Made by a program: the position numbers and the translations under genes | Notes under the pieces: model-generated | Told to the model about the DNA's origin: nothing | Database searches by the model: none | Seen by the model: only the letters and a program-made list of their open reading frames with translations | Shown here: positions 34,988-43,800 of the stretch, in pieces | How positions within the stretch are numbered: the first letter of the stretch is position 1 | Layout: every line of letters starts with the position of its first letter | Assembly: GCA_937969265.1 (NCBI GenBank) | Contig: CALBWF010000043.1 | Location: forward strand, 830 to 64,829 | DNA: 64,000 bases | Reading direction: 5' to 3' | Origin: an uncultured Porphyromonadaceae bacterium | GTDB lineage: Bacteria; Bacteroidota; Bacteroidia; Bacteroidales; Muribaculaceae

Positions 34988-35015
34988 AGTTCCGCGGACT
35001 GTTCCGCGGACTGGG

Positions 35016-36875
35016 TTATTTCAGTTTCAGCTTCTGCCCGGGCTGGATTTTGGAGTTCTTTTTCAGCCCGTTGGCTTTCAGAAGGGCGTCGACGGTCGTG
35101 CCGTTCTTTTTGGCGATAGACCAGAGGGTGTCGCCGTGGCGGACCTTGTAGGTGCTTTGCTTTTTCTCTTTCTTGGTCTGCTTGGGGGTCTCCTTGCGGG
35201 GCTGCTCCTTTTTGGCGGGGGCTGCTTTCGGAGCCTCCTTGGCGGTCTCTGCCTTGGCGGGGGTTGCGGTCTTGACGGGAGCGGCTCCGACAACGGAGCC
35301 GAGGCTCAGGTTTTCAGAGTCGGCATTGTCGGACGGTTCAGACGAGTCGGACTGGTCGGACAGGTCTGACTTGTCAGAAATGTCCGACGGAGCAGCCTGT
35401 TCCGAGTTGGTTTCGGCCATCGCCATATCGGTCGAGGCTGCTGCCTCAGGTTCGGCGGCGGGGCTGGGAACCAGGAGGTTGTCCCCATCCGGCGGAGTGC
35501 TGGCCGCTATTTCCTCCTGGGGCCGCGGCTGCCATACGCGCTCGGTGGTCACGATTCTGAGGCGCGTTCCCCGCTTTGGCTTGCGCACGCCGCCGTTGGC
35601 GTTGCGCAGCGAGCGGAGGGAGACTCCGTATTTTTTCGCGATGGAGGCCATCGTCTCGCCGCGGCGAACCTTGTGGTACTTGACGGTTTCGGAAATCACC
35701 CAGTCGCCGTCCTTCCCGGCGACACCCCCTGCGGGGCCGTCGCCGGCAGGCTCGACAGCGTCGCGGCGGGCATACTGCAACGCGTCGTGTGCCGCGATCG
35801 CGTCCTCGCTCATGATGAAGGCGTAGACCTGCTGTGCGGGGAGCACCAGGGAGTATTCCCGTATGTCGCCGGGGATAATCTGCTGGCGGTACTGGGGGTT
35901 GAGGATTTTCAGCTCGTCAACCGGGATGTTGAGCACGTCGGCGATCTGCTGGAAATGGATGCGTTTCTTGACGTGGACCGAGTCGGTCAGAATCGGGCGC
36001 TTAGCGAGTGCGGGGGAGATGTTGTGCTTGTCGTAATGGTTCATCACATAGGTGGCAGCGATGAAGCAGGGGACGTAGCCGCGGGTCTCCTTCGGGAGGT
36101 AGGGGTATATGGCCCAGAAATCTTTTTTCGGGGTGTCGGTCTGCGCTGTGCCGTCAGGGAGCGAGGGTGTCGCGGCCTGGGCGCGGCGGAGCGCCTTGTT
36201 GACGTTGCCGGGGCCGCAGTTGTATGCGGCGATGGCGAGCGACCAGTCGCTGTAAATGTCGTAGAGCTGTTGGAGGTAGGTTGTTGCGGCCTGGGAGGAG
36301 CGTACCGGGTCGCGGCGCTCGTCGACGAGGGTGTTGACCTCCATTCCGAGGCCGCGGGCGGTCGGGAGCATAAGCTGCCACAGGCCGGTGGCTCCCGCGC
36401 GGGAGACTGCGTCCGGGTCGAGGGCGCTCTCGATAATCGGCAGGTATTTCAGCTCGTTTGGAAGCCCCTTGCTTTCAAGCTCCTGCTCGAAAATCGGCAT
36501 ATAATATAGGCTCATTCCGAGCATGCTCTCGACGAGGGAACGCTTTTTGGAGGTGTACATCTCGATGTACGCCCGGACTATGGAGTTGAACGGCAGTTCG
36601 ATTATCGTCGGGATGGATTGCAGGCGGTCGATCAGCTCCTGGTCGGAGACTTCGACGTCGGGGCGCTGGTCAACGTCGCGGTCGAGGGCCGTGTAGGTGG
36701 TCAGGTACCAGTTTTCCATCAGCCGGCGGGTGTCAGTCTCGACGCTTTCGGGATAGACGATTGTCGAGTCCGGCTCGTGGCTCCCCAGGGAGAGTACTGT
36801 CGGCCTGGCCCAGGAGGGGAGCGCTGTCGCCGCCGCGAGGCAGACCGGGATTAATATTTTCCTTGCAAGATTCAT
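35016..36875 (-). CDS. mltD: Membrane-bound lytic murein transglycosylase D-like (SLT domain plus LysM repeats)
   Basis: SLT motif IIESALDPDAVSRAGATGLWQLM. LysM repeats (HKVRRGETMASIAKKYGV, YKVRHGDTLWSIAKKNG). Low-complexity S/D- and K-rich linker. Confidence 0.88.
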   Translation of the reverse strand: MNLARKILIPVCLAAATALPSWARPTVLSLGSHEPDSTIVYPESVETDTRRLMENWYLTTYTALDRDVDQRPDVEVSDQELIDRLQSIPTIIELPFNSIVRAYIEMYTSKKRSLVESMLGMSLYYMPIFEQELESKGLPNELKYLPIIESALDPDAVSRAGATGLWQLMLPTARGLGMEVNTLVDERRDPVRSSQAATTYLQQLYDIYSDWSLAIAAYNCGPGNVNKALRRAQAATPSLPDGTAQTDTPKKDFWAIYPYLPKETRGYVPCFIAATYVMNHYDKHNISPALAKRPILTDSVHVKKRIHFQQIADVLNIPVDELKILNPQYRQQIIPGDIREYSLVLPAQQVYAFIMSEDAIAAHDALQYARRDAVEPAGDGPAGGVAGKDGDWVISETVKYHKVRRGETMASIAKKYGVSLRSLRNANGGVRKPKRGTRLRIVTTERVWQPRPQEEIAASTPPDGDNLLVPSPAAEPEAAASTDMAMAETNSEQAAPSDISDKSDLSDQSDSSEPSDNADSENLSLGSVVGAAPVKTATPAKAETAKEAPKAAPAKKEQPRKETPKQTKKEKKQSTYKVRHGDTLWSIAKKNGTTVDALLKANGLKKNSKIQPGQKLKLK

Positions 36876-36879
36876 CGGT

Positions 36880-37800
36880 TCAGAAGTTTAAGGCCCATAC
36901 AAGGCCGACGGAGGGGTAGCGTTGTCGCCCGTCCTGAAGGAGGGCTGGCTGCACGTCCATCGACAGGTCGGGGGAGATGTCGAAGTGCGACAGGGAGGCG
37001 TCGACGTAGGCGTCGACCATCGCCAGGAGATATACCCCGACCATGCATATAATGCACAGGTCGCGGTTGCGCCGGAAATAGTTCTTTTTCGAGCGCAGCA
37101 CTCTCTGCAGCCAGTCTTTATCGATATCCTCCTCCTTGACGTTGGGGGCGAAGAGGTCCATGTAGCTTTTCGACGATGGGTCGTTGTCGAGCAGGTCGGC
37201 GTAGGCGCGGGTGTAGTCGGTCAGCATGGTGTTGTTCCAGCTCACGGCGTACCCGAGGCCCATATATCCGCCGACGATAATCGGGAGCTTCCAGTAGCGC
37301 CGGTTGTAAATCTGCCCCAGGCCGGGGAAGAGGGCCGAGAGCCAGACGGCGCGGGTGGGGTTGGGGGTGAACTCGACCTCGCGGCGCACCCATTCGTCGG
37401 GCTTTGTCTTGGCGGCCGCGGCCACGGAGTCGGCGGCCATGGCCTCGCCGGGGGTGAGGTCGGGAATCGGTTCCGGCATGAGGTCGGCAACCGGGATTGT
37501 GTCGGCGGCGACGGTCTGCAGCGAGTCGCCTACGGAACGTATCTCGTCGGTCACCACCTCCGAGCCTTCCGGCACCGGCGCGCCGACATAAATCGAGTCG
37601 GGGAGAGCGGCGGCTGGAATCTGCTGCTGCGGGCGACGAGCGACCCCGTGCTGGCCGCCGTTACTCTGGGCGGCGGGCTCGCGTCGCGCCTCGGGAATCG
37701 CCTGCTGGGCAGACGCGCTTAGCGTTCCTCCCGACGGGAGAAGGGCGGCGACCCATACCGCGGCCGTCAATAATTTATTTCTCAGTTGGCTGAACCTCAT
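36880..37800 (-). CDS. DUF5683 domain-containing membrane protein
   Basis: Motif LSALFPGLGQIYNRRYWKLPIIVGGY. Start set at MRFSQLRNKLLTAAVWVAALL (signal-like). The ORF is open up to 37866. Confidence 0.8.
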   Translation of the reverse strand: MRFSQLRNKLLTAAVWVAALLPSGGTLSASAQQAIPEARREPAAQSNGGQHGVARRPQQQIPAAALPDSIYVGAPVPEGSEVVTDEIRSVGDSLQTVAADTIPVADLMPEPIPDLTPGEAMAADSVAAAAKTKPDEWVRREVEFTPNPTRAVWLSALFPGLGQIYNRRYWKLPIIVGGYMGLGYAVSWNNTMLTDYTRAYADLLDNDPSSKSYMDLFAPNVKEEDIDKDWLQRVLRSKKNYFRRNRDLCIICMVGVYLLAMVDAYVDASLSHFDISPDLSMDVQPALLQDGRQRYPSVGLVWALNF

Positions 37801-37922
37801 AATCCTTAGAGGACGTATCATAACGGCCCATTTGGGTCGTCGCTTGAAGGGTTCGTCCTCGGTCACAATCTTAAGATTGCTCCCATCGGCCTCACCTCCA
37901 AGCTCCTACCATCTGGACCATT

Positions 37923-37978
37923 CTGATAGCGCCCTCCCATCCGGGTACTAACGCAGAGCGTATCAGAATTTTGATACA
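37923..37978 (+). repeat. Intergenic element E, copy 1 (CTGATAGCGCCCTCCCATCCGGGTAC ... GTATCAGAATTTTGATACA)
   Basis: Matches 57747..57816 (25/26 nt block plus an 18-nt palindromic block). Confidence 0.85.
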
Positions 37979-37992
37979 ATCTCAACAAAGCG

Positions 37993-38000
37993 CAAATTTA
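37993..38000 (-). promoter_or_regulatory. Bacteroidota -7 promoter box TAAATTTG (minus strand)
   Basis: Exact TAnnTTTG match upstream of the DUF5683-mltD-serB-mtaB-lpxL-like gene string. Confidence 0.45.
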
Positions 38001-38151
38001 GCCATTTTTGCCAAGTCTGCCAAATCCGCCTCCCCCTTTAACGCTCGTTAGCCGACCGACGGGCAAAAAACAAGCGCATTCGGAAAATTTTTGATTGCGC
38101 GGTGCAACAGTTTGAGTTAAATTCGCGTCATAGTATCAGAGTTTTTAATCG

Positions 38152-39813
38152 ATGTTTATGAGAGAACTGTTTTTTGCCGCTGTCGCGGCGGTTGGAATCG
38201 CCGCCCCCGGAGCGGGAGCGGAAGAGATAAAGAGTGGTGCCGGGATGCCGGTGCTTCGAACGGCAAACGACCGGGTGTCGTTCTGGTATGACGGTAGGAA
38301 GAAGAAGGCCGACTGGTGGACTCTCGACCCGTCCGCGCGCCCCGACGTGCTCGAGACTACCGCCGCGACGGTTACGTTCGCGTCGGAGCGCGACACGCTG
38401 ACCGTCACCCCCAAGGTATGGGAAAGCGCCGACCTGGTAATTGTTACCGAGAAGGGGGATTCGGCGTTTACCCGCGTCACCCGCCAGGCCGCCAATCCGT
38501 TCGAGAACCCGTCCCCCGCGATGCGGAAAATCGCCCCGTCGGGGCTGCTCAGCCGGGAACAGGCTGAGTTTGACATCCGCACTCTGGTTTACTCCCTGAG
38601 CGAGATTCACCCCGACATATATTCGATGTGCGACCAGGAGGCTTTCCACCGGGCAGTCAACAAGGCAATCCGGGAGCTCCCCGATTCGGTATCCATACCG
38701 CGGCTCTACCTGGCCGCCGCGCCCCTGGTGGCGATGATCGGCGACGGGCACACCAACCTCGGCTTCCCTTTCAACGATGTGTTTACGGAGGAGCTTCCGC
38801 GCCGCCCTTACACGGTTGATATTACCGGCGACGGCAGGATGGTCTGTTCCTGGTCGATTGACGGGCGGATTCCCGAAGGCTCCGAAATCCTGGCCGTCAA
38901 CGGTATGAGCCGCGACTCGATTCTGAACTCCATGCTCCCGTATGTCGCCGGGGAGCGCCGGCATTTCCGCCTGGCCCGCCTCGCCGGGGTCTATTCCGGG
39001 CTTGACTACCTGCTCTATCCCGCCGACAGCTACACTGTCGAGTTCCGCGCTCCTGGAAAGAAGAAAACGGAAACCGTAACTTACCAGCCCATCACCTGGG
39101 CCGAGCTGAATGAGCGCCTCCCCCGCAAGGAGGAGAGCAAGCGGCCCCCTTATTCCTACACGGTCAACGAGAAGGATAATGTGGCCATAATGGACTTCAA
39201 CTCGTTCAGCGACCAGGAGAGGATGGGGCAGTTTGCCGACTCGATGTTCCGCGACCTGCGCGAACGGAACATCGGCAACCTCATAATCGACCTGCGCCAA
39301 AACGGGGGCGGCAACAGCAATGTCGGCGACACGCTGCTGCGCTATATCTCCCCGATTCCGTTTGGCCAGTTCGACAAGTCGCTCGTGCGCATAACGCCCC
39401 TGTCGGCAAAGATGATGGGTGGCGGGAACGCCACCCCCGGCCTCTACTTCTTCGAGACAGACACGGCGGACTACATCCAGCCCCGCACTTCCGAAGAGGG
39501 ACACTACGCCGGCCGCGTCTACCTCCTGACCTCCAACTATACCTTCTCCTCGGCATCCGCCTTCTCCTGGACGTTCAAGGAGGCCGGATGCGGCACGGTT
39601 GTCGGCGAAGAGACGGGCGGGATGAACGTGGCCTATGGCGACATACTCTCTTACCGCATGCCCGTATCGCGCCTCCGCGCCTCTGTCTCCTTCAAGCGCT
39701 TCTGGCAGTTCCGGGCCAACGAGAACGACATCCACGGCACCCTCCCCGATGTCGCTGTGCCCTCCTCAGCCGCCCTCGACGAGGCCCTCCGCCTCGTCCG
39801 CAAGCGCCGGTAG
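38152..39813 (+). CDS. S41 family peptidase (553 aa), secreted
   Basis: Signal peptide. S41 core motifs LIIDLRQNGGGNS and LLTSNYTFSSASAFSWTFKEAG. Confidence 0.88.
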   Translation: MFMRELFFAAVAAVGIAAPGAGAEEIKSGAGMPVLRTANDRVSFWYDGRKKKADWWTLDPSARPDVLETTAATVTFASERDTLTVTPKVWESADLVIVTEKGDSAFTRVTRQAANPFENPSPAMRKIAPSGLLSREQAEFDIRTLVYSLSEIHPDIYSMCDQEAFHRAVNKAIRELPDSVSIPRLYLAAAPLVAMIGDGHTNLGFPFNDVFTEELPRRPYTVDITGDGRMVCSWSIDGRIPEGSEILAVNGMSRDSILNSMLPYVAGERRHFRLARLAGVYSGLDYLLYPADSYTVEFRAPGKKKTETVTYQPITWAELNERLPRKEESKRPPYSYTVNEKDNVAIMDFNSFSDQERMGQFADSMFRDLRERNIGNLIIDLRQNGGGNSNVGDTLLRYISPIPFGQFDKSLVRITPLSAKMMGGGNATPGLYFFETDTADYIQPRTSEEGHYAGRVYLLTSNYTFSSASAFSWTFKEAGCGTVVGEETGGMNVAYGDILSYRMPVSRLRASVSFKRFWQFRANENDIHGTLPDVAVPSSAALDEALRLVRKRR

Positions 39814-39888
39814 CCCGGCCCAACTCCTGTATCGCGAAATTACGTCCTGTCGGCCTTTCCCAGGTTGCGATAATGCAACTTTCGCAGC

Positions 39889-39910
39889 AAAAAACGCCCC
39901 TCAGGAGGCG
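39889..39910 (-). terminator. Rho-independent terminator for the 113-aa gene (minus strand)
   Basis: Minus-strand RNA CGCCUC-CUGA-GGGGCG followed by UUUUUU. Confidence 0.55.
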
Positions 39911-39941
39911 GCACCGGGACAAAAGCCCTCCGGCGCGGTAT

Positions 39942-39983
39942 CTTCTTCACCTTTCACCCTTCACTCTCTCTTCACCCTTCACC
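39942..39983 (-). repeat. Degenerate heptad array GTGAANN (about 5 units, minus-strand reading)
   Basis: Plus strand CTTCTTCACCTTTCACCCTTCACTCTCTCTTCACCCTTCACC. Shares an 18-mer with 45574..45654. Confidence 0.85.
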
Positions 39984-39993
39984 AAATATCGCC

Positions 39994-40335
39994 TTACGGG
40001 CGATATTTTTCGGCGATTGCTTCGATCGCGGCGGGGTCGGGCGACTGCTTGCCGTCGGGGCGCGTGAAGACCAGCTCGCGGACGGAATAGAAGTCGGGGT
40101 CCTGGGCGACCTGGTAGTCGTCCTTTTCCTCGTCCGCGGCGCCGTCGACCGCCGCGGCTCCTTCGAGCATCTCGTCGTAATCCTCCAGCTCGGCGAACAT
40201 CTCCTTGGCGGTCACCACCCCGATGCCGAGCGTTACCGGGTTGATGCGTATCTGCGGATCGATCAGCGCCCTCTCGTTGTCGATATACTCTCTGACGATA
40301 CCCGTCAGCTTCTCGTTCAGTTCTTTTCGTGTCAT
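39994..40335 (-). CDS. Hypothetical acidic protein (113 aa)
   Basis: Clean ORF with a downstream terminator. No motif recognised. Confidence 0.6.
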   Translation of the reverse strand: MTRKELNEKLTGIVREYIDNERALIDPQIRINPVTLGIGVVTAKEMFAELEDYDEMLEGAAAVDGAADEEKDDYQVAQDPDFYSVRELVFTRPDGKQSPDPAAIEAIAEKYRP

Positions 40336-40382
40336 AGCGGAGCCATTTACAGTTTACTCCATATAAACGCCCCCGCTGCCCC

Positions 40383-40450
40383 GAACGTTCGCCCCGCTCC
40401 TTCCAACGGAACGTTCATCCTCCGCCCCTCCGCTCCGAGCGTTCGTCCCC
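40383..40450 (+). repeat. Three direct repeats containing (G/A)(A/G)CGTTC(G/A)(C/T)CC at 26-28 nt spacing
   Basis: GAACGTTCGCCCC, GAACGTTCATCC and GAGCGTTCGTCCCC, read directly. Confidence 0.7.
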
Positions 40451-40464
40451 ATCACCTCCGCTAA

Positions 40465-40580
40465 CGGAGCGGCGGAGCCGCGGTGTAATTGTAGCCCCAG
40501 GTCGAGCGACCTTAGGGAGCGATGGCCTGGGGTTTGGTCGGCCGCAATGTAGCGGCTTCGGAGAAGTCGTATAATAAAAG
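40465..40580 (+). repeat. Structured repeat X, copy A
   Basis: Homologous to the reverse complement of 45195..45310 (CGGAGCGGCGGAGCCGCGGTGTAATTGTAGC ... TCGAGCG ... CGGCTTCGGAGAAGTCG.TAATAAAA). Confidence 0.8.
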
Positions 40581-40595
40581 GATATAAAGGAGTTA

Positions 40596-40724
40596 CACAC
40601 AGATTTTTATGGTCGCTTCGCTCCCCACGGATGCGACGGATAAACACGGATTTTTGGGAATGATGTTTTTCTACCACGGGCCCGCACCCTATGCGCTCCA
40701 TGCGGATGCGGCGGATTGGTGCGG
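40596..40724 (+). repeat. Repeat R1, copy A (two ACGGAT/GCGGAT triplet modules)
   Basis: Identical 21-mer and 27-mer blocks shared with 45337..45553. Confidence 0.9.
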
Positions 40725-40728
40725 TTAT

Positions 40729-40755
40729 AAAAAAACGGCCCATTGGGCCGTTTTT
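40729..40755. terminator. Bidirectional terminator hairpin downstream of the large LRR gene
   Basis: AAAAAA-ACGGCCC-ATT-GGGCCGT-TTTTT. Confidence 0.75.
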
Positions 40756-40819
40756 GGTGGTGTTGAAGTCGGATATTCCGAGGTGGGTGGACTTGTCCGA
40801 CGGAGATATTAATCGGCTA

Positions 40820-43800
40820 TCAGAAGCGGACTTTCCAGGCGCGGTTGGCGGCGCGGACGATGTAGAGCCCGGCGGGGAGGGCGATTTCCTCCTCGGTGTA
40901 GGAGGGAGCGAGGTAAACCATCCTGCCGTCGGCGGAATAGACTTCTATGCGCGCCCCGCAAGCGTTCCTTACGATATAGCCGTCCGGGGTCTTGACAAGA
41001 GTGTAAGCCGAAGGAGCGTTGACGGTATCGATACCGCTCATGTCCTTGACGGTAAGGACGCAGGTCGCTTCCGCGTTGCCGTCGGCGCTGCGGACAGTGA
41101 TGGTCGCGGTGCCCTCTTTCAGGCCGGTTACCAGGCCATCGCCGTCAACATCAGCCACGCTGACATCCGAGCTTTCCCAAACCAGCGCCTGATTGGTGGC
41201 GTTCGCGGGGAGTATGGTCGCCGACAGTTGCAGCGTTGAGCCGACATTCACCTCAGCTTCGGTGGCATTCAACTCTATCGCGGCAACCAATACGGCTGAC
41301 ATCTCCTCAACGAAGAAGAAATCCTTCCATTGCGGAGCGGCTCTATATTCGTCGCTGCTCTCTGCGGGAACATAAAGCGCACATTCCCACTTGTTTATGT
41401 CATCGAGCGCCTGGTTGCCGCAGACAGGAGGAACGATGGAATAGGAATAATACTTGGTAAGCCCGGTGCAGTCGGAGAACGCCTCGTCGCCGATGCTCTC
41501 TACGTTATAGCCTGCCGAGAAATAGTCAAGCGAAGAGCAGCCCGAGAAAGCCCATTTGCCAATCTTCTTGACCCCGTTGCCGATTTTCAGCGAGTTAAGA
41601 CCCGAGCAGCCGTAAAATTCGTTATCGTAAATCTCGGTTTCCGCATCCGTTATCTCCACTGTCCGCAGCGAGGTGTTGCGGTAGAACGGCGAATAACCAT
41701 AATTGGAACCAGTCTTATATGACAGCTTGCGACCGATATACACCTCGTCAAGCGGGCAGTCGGCAAACAGCGGGCTTGAGCCGTTGGAACCCAATGTTAT
41801 ATAAGCGGTATTAATAGATGAAGCTCCTTTTAGCCAAATATCGGAGACGACAACCCGGTCTTGCCCGGAATTACTTGACGAATCTTTGGTGTAAGAGAGG
41901 TACAAGGTTATTTGGCCGGCCTCGGAGAATTGATAACGAAAACTGTCTGATTTCTTGCCGCTTGCCTTTATTGCCTCCGAGCCATTGATTTTCGCAATGA
42001 AGAAATCATATCCGGATTCACTATCTACCGAATAATTGAATGTTAGAACGGCTCCAGCTTTCGCATCAAGCAGGTATTCCTGATGTGATTCAGAATTGTC
42101 TGCGTGGTTTGATGACGTCCAATCGGGATATTGTATGTTTGTCGGTTCTTCGATTTCGGGTGCTTCCTTATCATCGTCTTCAATAGAGATGTCGGAGAGC
42201 GACGAGCAACCCTCAAATGCGTAATCTGAGATGGAGGTTACATTGTTCGGTATCGAAATTGATTCAAGCGAGGAGCATCCCGAAAAGACTTTTGTAGGCA
42301 GCGAGGGGAAGCCTGCCCCGAGAGTGGCGCTTTTCAACGCGCTACACCCCTGGAATGCTGAAGCGCCCAAAGAAGTTACGGAATTAGGAATAACGATTTC
42401 GGGAATTGCTGAGCATCCGTAAAATGCGTTTTCGGAGATTCCGGTAACCTCATTTCCAAGTTTTACTTGGTTCAGCGCTTTATCATTGTAAAACGCGCAT
42501 TCTCCGATATTTCCCTTGTTCTCGATAGTTGCGGTTTGCAATGAAGTGCATCCGTAGAAAGAAGAGTTTCCTATATTTCCTGTGTTTTTGATGGTAGCCG
42601 TCTGCAAGGCGGTACAACCATAGAAAGCGGAGCTGCCGATACTTCCATTATTTGCAAGAGTGACAGTTTGCAGACTTTCGCATCCTTGGAAAACATCCTC
42701 TCCGATATTACCATTGTTGGAAACATTAGCAGTCAGAATCTTGCTGCAATTACGAAAAGCATCATTGCCAATATCCCCTTTGTTTGAAGCTGTTAGCGAT
42801 GTTAAATGCCCGCAATTATAGAAAGCGTAACTTCCTACGAAGCCAATATTAGAAAGGGTTAGCGATTCAATGTTGCTGTTGTTGTAAAATGAGTATTGTC
42901 GGATATTATTTACCGTCATCTCAATGCCTTTGTTGGTAACTTTATCAGAAATGACTGGTGTGGTATAAGTGGGGTTATAAAGGCAGTCTACGACATCGCA
43001 AGTGCGCTCCGAAGGGCTGACGGGGACATAAATTGTTCCATCAACTGTGAATTTGGAGCTGAGGAACTGATATTTGATTTGATTGTTCAGGTTGTATTGG
43101 TCATTAGACACATAGTTTACATATGCGTTAACTTCTCCATAACCGGATGGAGGGGTATTCCCTAACCAAAAAGCCTTGGCGATTCGATGGTTATTGCTTG
43201 TAAAGGCGTATGATCCGATAGAAAGAAGTCCTGAGCCGAATGTAACAGATTTTAATCTATTTTCATAAAAGGAGCGTTCACCGATAGAGGTGACGGAGTT
43301 GGGGATTGTTAGACCCTGAATCTTGCTGCCGTTGTACAGGAAGTAATCGGGAATCTTGGTGACATTGTCGCCAATCGTCAGGGAAGAGATAGACGAGGGG
43401 AAAGCGGGATAATAAGAAGAGCCGCAAGTTGCGCAGTTTGTAGCATTGAAAGCGAGGGATTCGAGGGAGGAGCAGTCCCTAAAAGCGTAGCCCCCGATGG
43501 AGGTTACGGCGTTGGGGATTACGACGGATGTCAGGGAGGAGCATCCGTCGAAAGCGTAGTCGCCGATGGAGGTTACGGCGTTGGGGATTTCGACGGAGGC
43601 CAGAGAGAAACAGCCGAGGAAAGCGCTTTTGCCGATGGAGGTTACGGCGTTGGGAATTACGACGGAGGCCAGGGAGGTGCAGTGGGCGAAAGCGCCGAAG
43701 CCGATGGAGGTTATTGTGTTTGGTATAGTATAGCCATCCGAAAGGGTCATTGGAGCGTAATATACCTTTGTGATGTCTTTATCATAAATTACCCCTGCTT

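Noticed and set aside
38128-39735. 535-aa minus-strand ORF opposite the S41 peptidase 38152..39813
   Set aside because: The plus-strand product has a signal peptide and S41 motifs. The minus-strand product is featureless and Arg/Gly-rich.
40354-40812. Small ORFs inside the repeat regions (40354..40743, 40415..40600, 40609..40812, 44559..45134, 44951..45462 set, 45394..45693)
   Set aside because: They are translations of the R1/X/heptad repeats in arbitrary frames, and the same DNA occurs in both orientations. There is no start context or conservation of frame between copies.
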